From a virus (lineage: Duplodnaviria; Caudoviricetes): a stretch of DNA of 49,768 nucleotides. The stretch spans positions 1 to 49,768 of the IMG/VR virus record IMGVR_UViG_3300020045_001667, one strand, 5' to 3'. Positions 8,451-17,439 of the stretch are shown piece after piece. The translations under genes were made by a program, and so were the position numbers. Under the pieces are notes generated by a model. It saw nothing but the letters and a program-made list of their open reading frames with translations, made no database searches and had not been told where the DNA came from. Every line of letters starts with the position of its first letter. Position 1 is the stretch's first letter.

Positions 8451-9808
8451 GCTGGCATCCCGTCGTCTTCCGCCTGCACTATCTGAATAGACGCATCCAT
8501 GATGTATTTACCATCCTCTATCAGCGTCTGGCGAAGCTCTGACGGGTCAAGCGCACCGGATGTCACATACACGGCGGCAGTGTCAGCCTTGATCTTGTCT
8601 TTTTCGGCTTCTAGCTTTTCAGTCTCTGCCTCAGTCTTTTCGTCTGGAATGTCCAAGCCTTCAAACTCGATCAGGTAATTTTGGTCTGGCAAACCTTTGG
8701 CAATGGAAAGCAAAGTAACCAAGCGGTCAATAGGCTGCAATAGTTGCGTGCGTTGTTTTTGCTCAATAACAGAATACCAGTTCTGCAAGTCTCCAGACTG
8801 AGAGTTATTTAAACCTTTGGCCTGCTCGCCCATTAACAGCGTCTTCGGCATCCCTGTAACCGCGCTTAAAGCCTGTGCGAAGCGGTCTAGCAGGTCAGGC
8901 AAGCCGGTGAAGCTGTTAGATGTGATTGTGTATTCGTCTAGTGCGTCAATTGCTATCGAGTTGATAGCATTCCGGCTCATGTCCAGCATATTGAGCCGGT
9001 TAATCACCGCTTGCTGTCCGCCTGGTGCCATAAGCTGCTGCGACAACCCGCTGAACTTAGCCACGGCTTGCTGAGACTTTTCTAAGAGCTTCTCGGCCCA
9101 TTGGTGACTCACTCCAAGGCGTTGCAACTGATACCAGCACTTCGCCAGCGCAGACACGCCCCAACCGTCTTGTAGGTCGCGCATACTTTCAGGCACAAAC
9201 TCGCCTTTGAAAATCAAACAACGCGACTCATGCACGGTGTAAGGCGTGGCGTTAGACGGGCTAACTAGATATGTCTTAGTCTGGCCATATCGCACGTCAG
9301 CCGGGTCTGTGTACTTTTCCATACGGCTTACATGGTAACGGTCATACACGCGCAGGAACTCGATGTCTTGCACGGCACGGTCGTTCAATGGCTCTGCCAA
9401 GTCGCCGCCATCCTTAACCCCCATGACGATCATAGAGCCACCAAAGATAGCCTCTAGTTTGAGTGCGTCTGTCAATCGCTCGTCGGCGTGCAATTCTTCA
9501 AGACGGGCCATCACTGGCGCATAGGCTGATTCTTCCTCTGATTCATCCTCGCCCTCGACCTCAATACAAAACCCGGACCGCGTCATATCAGTGGCTGTAA
9601 CGTCCACAATGCGCCTTGCGAAGCCATCTCCAATGTAGAGGTCTGTCAGCTCTAGCTCGGTAAAGTAGCGCACGGGAGATGCTTTGGTATATCCGCCACT
9701 GTCACGGCTAGAGCCAAGGGCGCTGATTACGTTCATATAGGGGCCGTCAAGACGCTGAATAGAGTCTTTACGTGGTCGTCCTACGGGTTTTCCAGTTGGT
9801 TTAGTCAT
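8447..9808 (-). CDS. portal protein (DUF1073 family)
   Basis: 453 aa; LY--G--RRIVD--A-DM-R, VHESR, GWG-S-L, P-T-L-G----GLN motifs; lies between TerL and MuF. Confidence 0.9.
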   Translation of the reverse strand: MTKPTGKPVGRPRKDSIQRLDGPYMNVISALGSSRDSGGYTKASPVRYFTELELTDLYIGDGFARRIVDVTATDMTRSGFCIEVEGEDESEEESAYAPVMARLEELHADERLTDALKLEAIFGGSMIVMGVKDGGDLAEPLNDRAVQDIEFLRVYDRYHVSRMEKYTDPADVRYGQTKTYLVSPSNATPYTVHESRCLIFKGEFVPESMRDLQDGWGVSALAKCWYQLQRLGVSHQWAEKLLEKSQQAVAKFSGLSQQLMAPGGQQAVINRLNMLDMSRNAINSIAIDALDEYTITSNSFTGLPDLLDRFAQALSAVTGMPKTLLMGEQAKGLNNSQSGDLQNWYSVIEQKQRTQLLQPIDRLVTLLSIAKGLPDQNYLIEFEGLDIPDEKTEAETEKLEAEKDKIKADTAAVYVTSGALDPSELRQTLIEDGKYIMDASIQIVQAEDDGMPA

Positions 9809-10029
9809 TTCGTGAATGCCTCGATACGCTCACTAAGCACCAATCCATATTGCTGCATTAGCTGCCACTGCTTATTTAGGCGCGACATCTCGCTCGCGTC
9901 TAGGCTCAGAAACATCTTCGTCCCCATGAATAAGCCAATGGCTACAGTCTTTTTATACAGCTCGTCGTATTCGTCGATTACGCGCTTCTGATGTGGTTGG
10001 TATGCCATGTTGTTACTTGGTTTAGTCAT
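9805..10029 (-). CDS. small helical protein resembling crAss001_48-like phage proteins
   Basis: PHQ-RV--E--EL--K...Q---M--Y---L-ERI motif. Confidence 0.6.
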   Translation of the reverse strand: MTKPSNNMAYQPHQKRVIDEYDELYKKTVAIGLFMGTKMFLSLDASEMSRLNKQWQLMQQYGLVLSERIEAFTK

Positions 10030-10135
10030 GGGCTAATTCTAGGGGTTTTCCCTATATTTGCAAAATAAATAGGGAAAGTGAGAAAAGTGCGATTGTTTGC
10101 GCTACAATTGACACATCAACAACGAAAGGCACTAA

Positions 10136-10291
10136 ATGAACAAAGACCAAATCATCAGCGCAAAGATTCTCGCAGCTATGGCTAATGGAATGGAATTGAA
10201 ATCAGCGTTTGATAGCGTACTTGGTGAAGGCGCTTACATCAAAATGGCTGGCGACTTGTACGATGCACTTCGCGCAAAACAAGGTTTGTAA
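10136..10291 (+). CDS. 51-aa early protein (MNKDQIISAKILAAMANG...), not in the ORF track
   Basis: Hand-translated; GAAAGG SD; promoter GCTACAAT at 10101. Confidence 0.7.
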   Translation: MNKDQIISAKILAAMANGMELKSAFDSVLGEGAYIKMAGDLYDALRAKQGL

Positions 10292-10325
10292 ATCAACCGC
10301 CCTACGGGGCATTTAAAGGAAAACC

Positions 10326-10577
10326 ATGAAAATCAAATTCAACAAAAACGGCCTGACTAAAGAAGTAAAAGTTGGCTTTAGCTGGACGATCTTTTTCTTT
10401 GGGGCTTTGGCCCTGCTTATTCGCAAGCAATACGGCCTAGCGGCGGTGAGTTTCTTCACCTTCGGACTGGCTAACTTTTACTTCATCTTTGCTGCCAATC
10501 GAATGTTGGCGCAACAGTTGATCGAGGATGGATGGACTACGATCGATGTTAAGCCTGAGTCGTGGGGTTTTTTGTGA
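10326..10577 (+). CDS. small membrane protein (DUF2628-like)
   Basis: KVGFSWT-FFFG motif; two hydrophobic segments; AAGGA SD. Confidence 0.65.
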   Translation: MKIKFNKNGLTKEVKVGFSWTIFFFGALALLIRKQYGLAAVSFFTFGLANFYFIFAANRMLAQQLIEDGWTTIDVKPESWGFL

Positions 10578-10822
10578 GTTATACCAAAGGTCCTTGGACG
10601 GTATCGCACGGCAAGATAGTAGGAAATGGCTATAATATTGCATCAATCAATGCCAGCGCAACTACCGAAGGCAAGGCAAATTCTTGCATAATGGCTGCGT
10701 CACTTGATATGTTTGATGCTTTGCAAAAGTTAGAAAAAGAATTCGGATGCCGTGGTGACGGATGGCCTGACAATAGATGGGACGAAGCCCGCACCGCCAT
10801 CGCCAAAGCCACCGGACAATAA
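10574..10822 (+). CDS. hypothetical phage protein (T-GPW...A--AIAKATG type); GTG start 10574
   Basis: GTGA overlap with the upstream stop; common small early phage protein motifs. Confidence 0.65.
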   Translation: MSYTKGPWTVSHGKIVGNGYNIASINASATTEGKANSCIMAASLDMFDALQKLEKEFGCRGDGWPDNRWDEARTAIAKATGQ

Positions 10823-10824
10823 AC

Positions 10825-10846
10825 AAAGCCCTTCGGGGCTTTTTTT
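10825..10846. terminator. intrinsic terminator
   Basis: AAAGCCC-TTCG-GGGCTTTTTTT between the convergent moron and terL. Confidence 0.8.
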
Positions 10847-12281
10847 ACGACCAGACGGACCAGCTCGTCCCAGCGAGAAACGTGTTTACAGCGTCAATCA
10901 ACGGGTCTATCTGGTCATCATTTTTATGGCTGTCATTGGCTGTAAAAGCCTCACACTCACTAACAAAATCAACCACCCACGGTGCGTAATCTGGCAATAG
11001 CACAGCACCCGCTTGGATCCGTGGCTGCACTTCCATAACGCGGGTTAGCTTGTCTTTTGTACGTTGCACAGCTATAACAGGCACGAACTGATTGCTCTGC
11101 TGTAGCTGCTGAATCAACCCCGTACCGCTGGCCTTATCCTCGATGTAAAGCGCCGACGCTGGAGGCAATGCCTGGCCACCATTGTTAACCGATACGCTCG
11201 CCCAAATGTCTTTGGCCATAGCCAACAGGCCAACGGCATCAACCTTTTTACGCCACACATTTAGAATCAATATCTTGCCAGTGCGAAGCAATACAGCGTC
11301 TAAAAAAACCGTGTAGTCGTTTTGCTCCCCTGTTTTCATAGCGGTGTCAGCGAACACGGCGCGACGAGAGAATTCACGCCAGTCAGGCAATGCGCTATAC
11401 CGTCCGAACCACTCGCCACGAAGCAACTCACCACCAAGCACGTAAGGCTCTTGTTGGTACTGACCCTCAAACGTGAAATTGCCTTTTTCCTTTAGCTGCA
11501 ACAGGCTTTCCAATGGCTCTTTCTCAGGCCAATAACTCTCACCGGTTGGCCCAATGGCAGGTATCTTGATGTGAGTCCACTCGTGTCCATCGCCACCACC
11601 AGTGAGAAACCCGGTCAAGTCTTCGTCTGCCAGGCGCTGCATGATTACGATGATAGGCGTATCAGGTGACGCCTTGCGGCTTTGCACCGTGTTAATGAAT
11701 GCATTGTTGACGGCATCACGTTTAGTCTTAGAAAGGCTATCTGCGGGCTTCAGGGGGTCGTCTATGATTATTGCCCCTTGAAACCCTGACGCCATATGTC
11801 CAGCACGAAAACCAGTCACCTGACCGAGCGTTGAAGTTGCATAGCATCCACCAATAGACACGCCATCATCACTAACCACGTTCCACCGGCCACGGGCGTT
11901 AGAGTCTGACTTAATCGGCAATGGGAAAAGCTCTTGATATTCAGCCGAACATATAAGTTCTTTAGCCTTGGCCGAATTAAGCTCTGCCAACTCGCTCGAA
12001 TACGACAGGTGCAAGAACCTAGCGCGGGGATTAAGTGCCAAGCCACGAGCGATAAAGTTAATCACCGCCAGCTCTGTTTTTGAGCTACCTGGAGGCACAT
12101 TGATGATTAGTCGCTTGATCTTGCCATCAATCACCAACTGCAAAGCGTCTGCAATTGCTTTGTGGTGCCAGTTTAGGCGAAACTTAACACCCTCACGGAT
12201 TCTGAAAAAGTAGCGGGCGAAGAAAAGGTGATCTTCTTTTAATGCCGCACTGATAATCTGTTTTTCTTCAGATGTCAGCAT
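10845..12281 (-). CDS. terL: terminase large subunit
   Basis: Walker A NVPPGSSKT, Walker B IIIDDP, MQR motif, RNase H-like C-terminus (DTA...IEDKASG...NDDQID). Confidence 0.95.
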   Translation of the reverse strand: MLTSEEKQIISAALKEDHLFFARYFFRIREGVKFRLNWHHKAIADALQLVIDGKIKRLIINVPPGSSKTELAVINFIARGLALNPRARFLHLSYSSELAELNSAKAKELICSAEYQELFPLPIKSDSNARGRWNVVSDDGVSIGGCYATSTLGQVTGFRAGHMASGFQGAIIIDDPLKPADSLSKTKRDAVNNAFINTVQSRKASPDTPIIVIMQRLADEDLTGFLTGGGDGHEWTHIKIPAIGPTGESYWPEKEPLESLLQLKEKGNFTFEGQYQQEPYVLGGELLRGEWFGRYSALPDWREFSRRAVFADTAMKTGEQNDYTVFLDAVLLRTGKILILNVWRKKVDAVGLLAMAKDIWASVSVNNGGQALPPASALYIEDKASGTGLIQQLQQSNQFVPVIAVQRTKDKLTRVMEVQPRIQAGAVLLPDYAPWVVDFVSECEAFTANDSHKNDDQIDPLIDAVNTFLAGTSWSVWS

Positions 12282-12765
12282 TGAGTTTTGAAAGCACAGA
12301 CTTAACCATGCTGGAATCGATCTTAACCGCCGCTTGTGGCGTCATTGAGCCATCGCTTGACGTGTTATCAATCTCTTGCTTGTCACGCCATGTTTTAGGC
12401 TGTCGATTCTTTAGCCACGCCATAGCAGCACCTGTATCTGGCGGGTAGTGCTTTGTAAGCTCTGTAATGACGATCTGGCCATCAATAACCTTAACGTCAG
12501 AGTCAGGGTGGCTGTAACCTAGTGCGCGGTTATATAGGGCTTCTGCCACCCTTGCATCGGCTTTATCCTTGCCAGCCTTTAGGGACTCGCAAAATTCAGG
12601 ATGTGAAATCTTCCAACGATTGATAGTTGCAACATCAACTTCAAGCATTTCAGCCAAGCGATTGTCATCCGCACCAAGTAGGCAGAACTTGTAACCAAGC
12701 TCCACGTATTCTTGTTTATACAGGGTTGGACGCCCGACTGATTGTTTTTCTTTTGATGTTGCCAT
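12268..12765 (-). CDS. terS: terminase small subunit
   Basis: GRPT-Y N-terminus, HTH, PPDT-A---WLKNR-P--WRDK; overlaps terL. Confidence 0.9.
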   Translation of the reverse strand: MATSKEKQSVGRPTLYKQEYVELGYKFCLLGADDNRLAEMLEVDVATINRWKISHPEFCESLKAGKDKADARVAEALYNRALGYSHPDSDVKVIDGQIVITELTKHYPPDTGAAMAWLKNRQPKTWRDKQEIDNTSSDGSMTPQAAVKIDSSMVKSVLSKLNADI

Positions 12766-12769
12766 ACCG

Positions 12770-13249
12770 TTATTTTACCACTCGGTAAGCGATGATGTCA
12801 GTATGAGAATCTTCGTCATGATTCCATCCAAACAATCCAGCATTCCCACCATCTTCACTTTGATCTCTGTATATAACATCAACAAATTGATTATTTGAAA
12901 CTGGACAATCCCCGCTTAACCAAAAAACCCAATCATTACCAACCGCTGAATTAATATTATCAACCGTCTTAATATTATTTAACCGCGCCTCGCCATATAA
13001 AGCAGAGTAAGCGATTAAGTCCTCAATAGAATCAGTATGCGGCTCAGTGCGTTGATTATCTCGCACCATTTTCAATAGTGACATCAATAACCAGCCATGT
13101 GACTCTGTAATATTCTGCCCTGTAACCGCGTTATAAGCCGTAACAGTCGCCGCCATACTACGCTCGCCCTCAGGCTTATCGTAAGTCGCTGCACGAGCTT
13201 GCATATGGCTTGCAGCCTTGTTTAGTAATTGGTTTGCCGTTGTTTTCAT
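12770..13249 (-). CDS. DUF6378-like protein with a C-terminal W-GG-CPV...DIIAYR module
   Basis: R---Y--P...M-LLK--R....H-DS--D--AY--L motif. Confidence 0.6.
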   Translation of the reverse strand: MKTTANQLLNKAASHMQARAATYDKPEGERSMAATVTAYNAVTGQNITESHGWLLMSLLKMVRDNQRTEPHTDSIEDLIAYSALYGEARLNNIKTVDNINSAVGNDWVFWLSGDCPVSNNQFVDVIYRDQSEDGGNAGLFGWNHDEDSHTDIIAYRVVK

Positions 13250-13388
13250 TTGATTACTTTCATTGTTGATAAAGTGGCGGGGGTCCAGTCATAGACGCCA
13301 CCCCCGCATGACGCTCAACTCGGTAGGAAGGGAAAAAGTGATAAACCCGTGACCGATTGACTGGTTAACGCATTTTACATCATATTTT

Positions 13389-13667
13389 CTATGCCAAGCA
13401 TTTAAAAACTATTTCTCTGAATTCTTCAACAGATTCAAGTGCATCCATTACGTCTTTCGCTTTAAGCTCTGGAAACCTTTCCAAAGTAAAAACAGCATAG
13501 GCCAGCAAGTGAATTACCTGTTGTTCTTTAGTGAGAGTTTTGTACTGAGTGAAGCAAGCGCCGACGCTGGCCCTGTAGTTTGTATCGGTGCGATTCTTTG
13601 GCGGGTGCTCGACAACCATTGCGCCATGCGTTGCAGACATCAGCAACATTATTTTTTCAAGTTTCAT
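13389..13667 (-). CDS. hypothetical protein
   Basis: 92 aa; AAGGA SD. Confidence 0.55.
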   Translation of the reverse strand: MKLEKIMLLMSATHGAMVVEHPPKNRTDTNYRASVGACFTQYKTLTKEQQVIHLLAYAVFTLERFPELKAKDVMDALESVEEFREIVFKCLA

Positions 13668-13751
13668 TAAAAGTCCTTTTTTAAGTTGGCGTCACATTGT
13701 AGCGCATAAAAAGCCATATAAATTACCCAATTTCACCATGCATATCTCATC

Positions 13752-14042
13752 TGTGGAAAACTCGGCCCTCGTGGCAATCGTGGCACCCCCTAAAGGGGGG
13801 GGTGCCCCGACTGCCCCGATGCGGGGCAATTTTAAAAAACATCAAATTGCCCCGACTGCCCCGACTGCCCCGATTGAGTGAAAAACCTAATGAAATCAAC
13901 AACTTGCAAAACATGCTTAAAAAATAGGCAACTGCCCCGACTGCCCCGATGGTCTATTTCTTACCAAAAACTTACAAAAATCTACTGCCCCGATGACCCT
14001 GTGGATAACTAGTCATTTTGCCTGTGGATAACTTGTGTATAA
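13752..14042. other. probable replication origin: TGCCCCGA iterons, AT-rich spacers and four DnaA boxes
   Basis: Eight direct TGCCCCGA copies and one inverted; TT(A/T)TNCACA matches at 13752, 14000, 14023, 14034; next to the primase-helicase. Confidence 0.8.
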
Positions 14043-14083
14043 CTATAAATAAAGGCATGAAAAAAGGCCCGAAGGCCATGCTG

Positions 14084-16108
14084 TTATTTTTTGTCTTTTT
14101 TCTTCATTAGAGCCCTTATTCCATGAAATTTTGATTCATCATCAACCACGTATCCGCCTGACTTTGGCTTGATGTAGCCATCTAAGTAATCAGGATAACG
14201 TGTGGTTTTAGTCACGTTTTGCTTGGCTGTAGTCTCTTTTATGTGCCGGTTTGTCTCAGCCTCATATTGAGCCCAGTTATCGGTTGTGATGTACATATCC
14301 CCTTGGTAGTCAAGATAGCCATACTCAAGCAACGCCCCCTCAAAGCTTTGGCGCGCACTGAACGTTGACTTGGACTCAGGCTTTACGACGACTGCATCAA
14401 CATCTTTGACATCATGCGCAACAACGGCTGAAGTGATATCGTCCCCGTCTTCATCCTCGCCCATCTTGACTACTTGCAGGTTAAACGACCCTTCGATACC
14501 GTCATCACCCTCTTTTTGCTTAACAAGCTTCCAAGTCCGTAATTTAGATACCGGGTCTTTGTTTAGCTCAATGGTTGTTTCAAGTCCACCCAATAACGAG
14601 CTACCACCGCGAAGCCCCTTGGTTGCATCCTTGCCTGGGTGAGCAATTAATGAAACTGCGCAATCTAATGACTTAGAAATACTCTCAGACGCTGCAATAA
14701 CTTTACCCATGTCATTATTATCATTCTCCTCAAATGAACCCATAGCCCTAGCCAAAGTATCTATAAAAATAATCAAACCATTGTTTGAATTTCCAATTAC
14801 ATACTGAATAGATTCAACCAACTGTTTAATATCCAATGGTGAACTAAAGGCAAATGCAGAATGTTTAATTACAAAAAAGTTATCAGGTAACTTTCTTTGG
14901 CTATGTATTTGCCAAGCCTTTAGACGACCTGAAAAACCATTAGCGGCCTCAAGTATTAAATAAACCACATTGGCTTTCTTTGTTCTGTACCCCATCCAAT
15001 CGCGCCCCTCTGCAATGTGGCATGCCATGTCTAGTGCCATAAAAGACTTGCCAGCGCCTGGCGGGCCATAAATAGCCGCCACTTCTTTAGCTGGCAAAAT
15101 CTTTTTGATGTGCCACTTTATCGGTGCCATCTCCGTCATATCAGACGCTGGCGTAAGCGTGTATCGCATGTCTTTAATCACTGGCTCCAATAACCCAGCC
15201 AAATCACCCCCAGCCTGCGCAAAATCATTTGCATCACCCTTATCTGGCATAACAACGGTAGCACCAACCAACGAAGCTGCCTTATCAGCCTCACGCTTTC
15301 CAACGCCAGAATCATCGTTATCAGCCACTATCACCAGATCACGCAATGGCCCCACGAGCTCGCGCAAAGCCTGCGCAGTGGCTGACATATTCCCAGCTGA
15401 ATAGCTAACGACAACAGCGCGTCCCGTGGCTTCAAAAATTGACGCAGCCGTGGCTATTCCCTCACATATATATATGCGGCAATCACCAGCCATGTAATCA
15501 GGCCCGATAGACCACGAAGCGCCGCCTGTCTTTGACCCCTTCATGAATAGCTTTGTGCCATCGTCACTTATATATTGCAGCCCGCTTATCTCACCACCGA
15601 TAAGCATCGGAGCCATCAAACGCCCGTCCGGTGCAATGCGCCAGCCTGGGTTACTAATGCCCTTGCGCTTAATGTATGGATGATCGTCGCTGGCCAACTG
15701 TGCAGACTCCCATAACTTAGCCGCTTGAAACGCCGCATATTCCCGAGACTCGGCCAGTTCTTTGTCTCGTTTGGCCTTAACTTCTGCCATGCGATTATGG
15801 TGCATTGCAGACTCTTGAAATGTCAACTCACGGCCAATGTCGGCGCGAAAGTGGCACTCTTGGACAGTCTTCCAATCGCCGAATGCACCTGCTGCGATGT
15901 CGCCATCGTGGACGACATACCATCCTGACGCATCCTTTTTCTTTCCACTGGTTGAAAACCTGCGAAGCGTGCCATCCAACACCAGGTCATCAGGTGGCGC
16001 GATGCCAGCGTCAGACATGGCAACGCGTAACTGATGCTCTGGCGACAGTGGTGCAAGCTCTACGGGCGGCCTAAAGCCATTGGGGAAGATGTTTTTTAAG
16101 CTGCTCAT
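14084..16108 (-). CDS. primase-helicase (TOPRIM + RepA/AAA_25-type RecA-fold helicase)
   Basis: HPYI--KGI, ICEG-AT, ADND, GDAND (TOPRIM); GPPGAGKS, IFIDTLAR, H-GK...RG-S (helicase). Confidence 0.9.
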   Translation of the reverse strand: MSSLKNIFPNGFRPPVELAPLSPEHQLRVAMSDAGIAPPDDLVLDGTLRRFSTSGKKKDASGWYVVHDGDIAAGAFGDWKTVQECHFRADIGRELTFQESAMHHNRMAEVKAKRDKELAESREYAAFQAAKLWESAQLASDDHPYIKRKGISNPGWRIAPDGRLMAPMLIGGEISGLQYISDDGTKLFMKGSKTGGASWSIGPDYMAGDCRIYICEGIATAASIFEATGRAVVVSYSAGNMSATAQALRELVGPLRDLVIVADNDDSGVGKREADKAASLVGATVVMPDKGDANDFAQAGGDLAGLLEPVIKDMRYTLTPASDMTEMAPIKWHIKKILPAKEVAAIYGPPGAGKSFMALDMACHIAEGRDWMGYRTKKANVVYLILEAANGFSGRLKAWQIHSQRKLPDNFFVIKHSAFAFSSPLDIKQLVESIQYVIGNSNNGLIIFIDTLARAMGSFEENDNNDMGKVIAASESISKSLDCAVSLIAHPGKDATKGLRGGSSLLGGLETTIELNKDPVSKLRTWKLVKQKEGDDGIEGSFNLQVVKMGEDEDGDDITSAVVAHDVKDVDAVVVKPESKSTFSARQSFEGALLEYGYLDYQGDMYITTDNWAQYEAETNRHIKETTAKQNVTKTTRYPDYLDGYIKPKSGGYVVDDESKFHGIRALMKKKDKK

Positions 16109-16205
16109 TGGTTCCTTTTTTATTGAGTGATGGGCATGAACGCCAATTCTATGCCGTAAACTTAGCGAAAAAAAAGTTTAAAAAAGTGAATTAAGCCGCT
16201 TTGTT

Positions 16206-16243
16206 GTGGCACAATAGAGGCATCAACAAACGAAGGATACAAA
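16206..16243 (+). promoter_or_regulatory. early promoter and leader (GGCACAAT...CATCAACAAACGAAGG), divergent from the primase
   Basis: Matches the recurrent GCTACAAT-N5-7-CATCAACAA motif. Confidence 0.6.
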
Positions 16244-16384
16244 ATGACAACTTATGAAATCAGCATCGAAGCAAAAAACGGTTTGAAATTTATTGAAGTC
16301 ATGGCAATTGACTTGCAATCAGCAATTGCAGACGTTCAAGAAGCTTTTTTTGAAGTTGAAATTGTTTCAGCAAAGGTTTTGTAA
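16244..16384 (+). CDS. 46-aa early protein (MTTYEISIEAKNG...), not in the ORF track
   Basis: Hand-translated; GAAGGA SD; first gene after the promoter. Confidence 0.65.
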   Translation: MTTYEISIEAKNGLKFIEVMAIDLQSAIADVQEAFFEVEIVSAKVL

Positions 16385-16386
16385 TC

Positions 16387-16578
16387 ATGGCTCAACTACC
16401 TCACCCAGTTAAAACCTGGCACCAATATGGAGAAATCATAGGCCATTGGGATAAGTCTCAAATGATTGCTTATGGCCAAGAGTGTGCAAGCGAAGCGCGT
16501 GCAGAATCGATCGATGTTAGAAAAGAACTTGCAATATACAAAGAACGTGAAAAAACAATGGGATTCAATCAATCATGA
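16387..16578 (+). CDS. hypothetical protein
   Basis: Coupled small ORF; QM-AYG--C motif. Confidence 0.55.
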   Translation: MAQLPHPVKTWHQYGEIIGHWDKSQMIAYGQECASEARAESIDVRKELAIYKEREKTMGFNQS

Positions 16579-16763
16579 AAAATGGAAGTGCAACTTTTGG
16601 AAGCCACGAACCACAACCGGAATCACCAGATGATGACGAGCGTATGTGCGAGGTATGCCGTGGAAGCGGGGTTATTGACGAAACGCTAGGCGGAGAGTGG
16701 AATAGCGACCCAAGCGCGCTATGCCCTGAATGCGATGGTCTTGGCTATTGGGTTAAATCATGA
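16575..16763 (+). CDS. DnaJ-type Zn-finger small protein
   Basis: CEVCRGSG...CPECDGLG. Confidence 0.65.
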   Translation: MKNGSATFGSHEPQPESPDDDERMCEVCRGSGVIDETLGGEWNSDPSALCPECDGLGYWVKS

Positions 16764-16954
16764 GGATTGTTTATTTCGAAACAGAGCGTGGTGACGTAAT
16801 CTCATTTGCTGTGAATTACATAGTTGGAATCCAGCAAAACCACCTACCGACTGACACGCCGACAACAGTGATGTTGCTAAACGGCCAATCATTCAGGGTT
16901 AGAAATGGCTTTGATGAATGCCAACAGAAACTTATTTCTGCAAACGAAAACTAA
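16760..16954 (+). CDS. hypothetical protein
   Basis: ATGA overlap. Confidence 0.55.
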   Translation: MRIVYFETERGDVISFAVNYIVGIQQNHLPTDTPTTVMLLNGQSFRVRNGFDECQQKLISANEN

Positions 16955-17005
16955 AGCGATTATTTAATCAACCCGCCCGCCTCAACAGCGGGCTAGAAAG
17001 TAAAA

Positions 17006-17344
17006 ATGAAACCAGAACACAACTGCCAAACCATCCTAGTTAAAGGCGTAGGATGGCCCGGAATTCCTAAGATTGAAGTGGTGAAAAAACCAGTCATAGT
17101 CAAGGTTAAAAAACCAGTGGAAATAAAAGAACCTGCTCACTACAAAGAGCGTGAGTTTGAAAAGCTGGCATTTTATATGCTTGGAAAGAATGGACTAACT
17201 TCGCACGAGATCTCGATGGCCACGGGAAAAAAGCCAAAGAGCACTCAGCTAGACCTGCGAAAAGCATTCCACGCTGGCATTGTTTTACGTGAGCAAGTAA
17301 AGAACGTTGAAAGCCCTTATTTTTTATACAGTGGAGTCTTATGA
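17006..17344 (+). CDS. winged-HTH domain protein
   Basis: LTS-EI---TG-------L-----G-V-R pattern. Confidence 0.5.
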   Translation: MKPEHNCQTILVKGVGWPGIPKIEVVKKPVIVKVKKPVEIKEPAHYKEREFEKLAFYMLGKNGLTSHEISMATGKKPKSTQLDLRKAFHAGIVLREQVKNVESPYFLYSGVL

Positions 17345-17439
17345 ATAATATTGTTTTAGCTCTGATTGATCTTTTTTATGCGGTCGTTGGAGCGTCTTTG
17401 ATCGTTGGCGTGGTGGCTTATTTTGCGGGAGGGTGGTGA
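17341..17439 (+). CDS. 32-aa hydrophobic peptide, not in the ORF track
   Basis: ATGA and TGATG overlaps on both sides; one transmembrane segment. Confidence 0.5.
   Translation: MNNIVLALIDLFYAVVGASLIVGVVAYFAGGW

Noticed and set aside
13588-13881. 97-aa ORF with PTAPTAP repeats
   Set aside because: Translation artefact of the 9-bp iterons.
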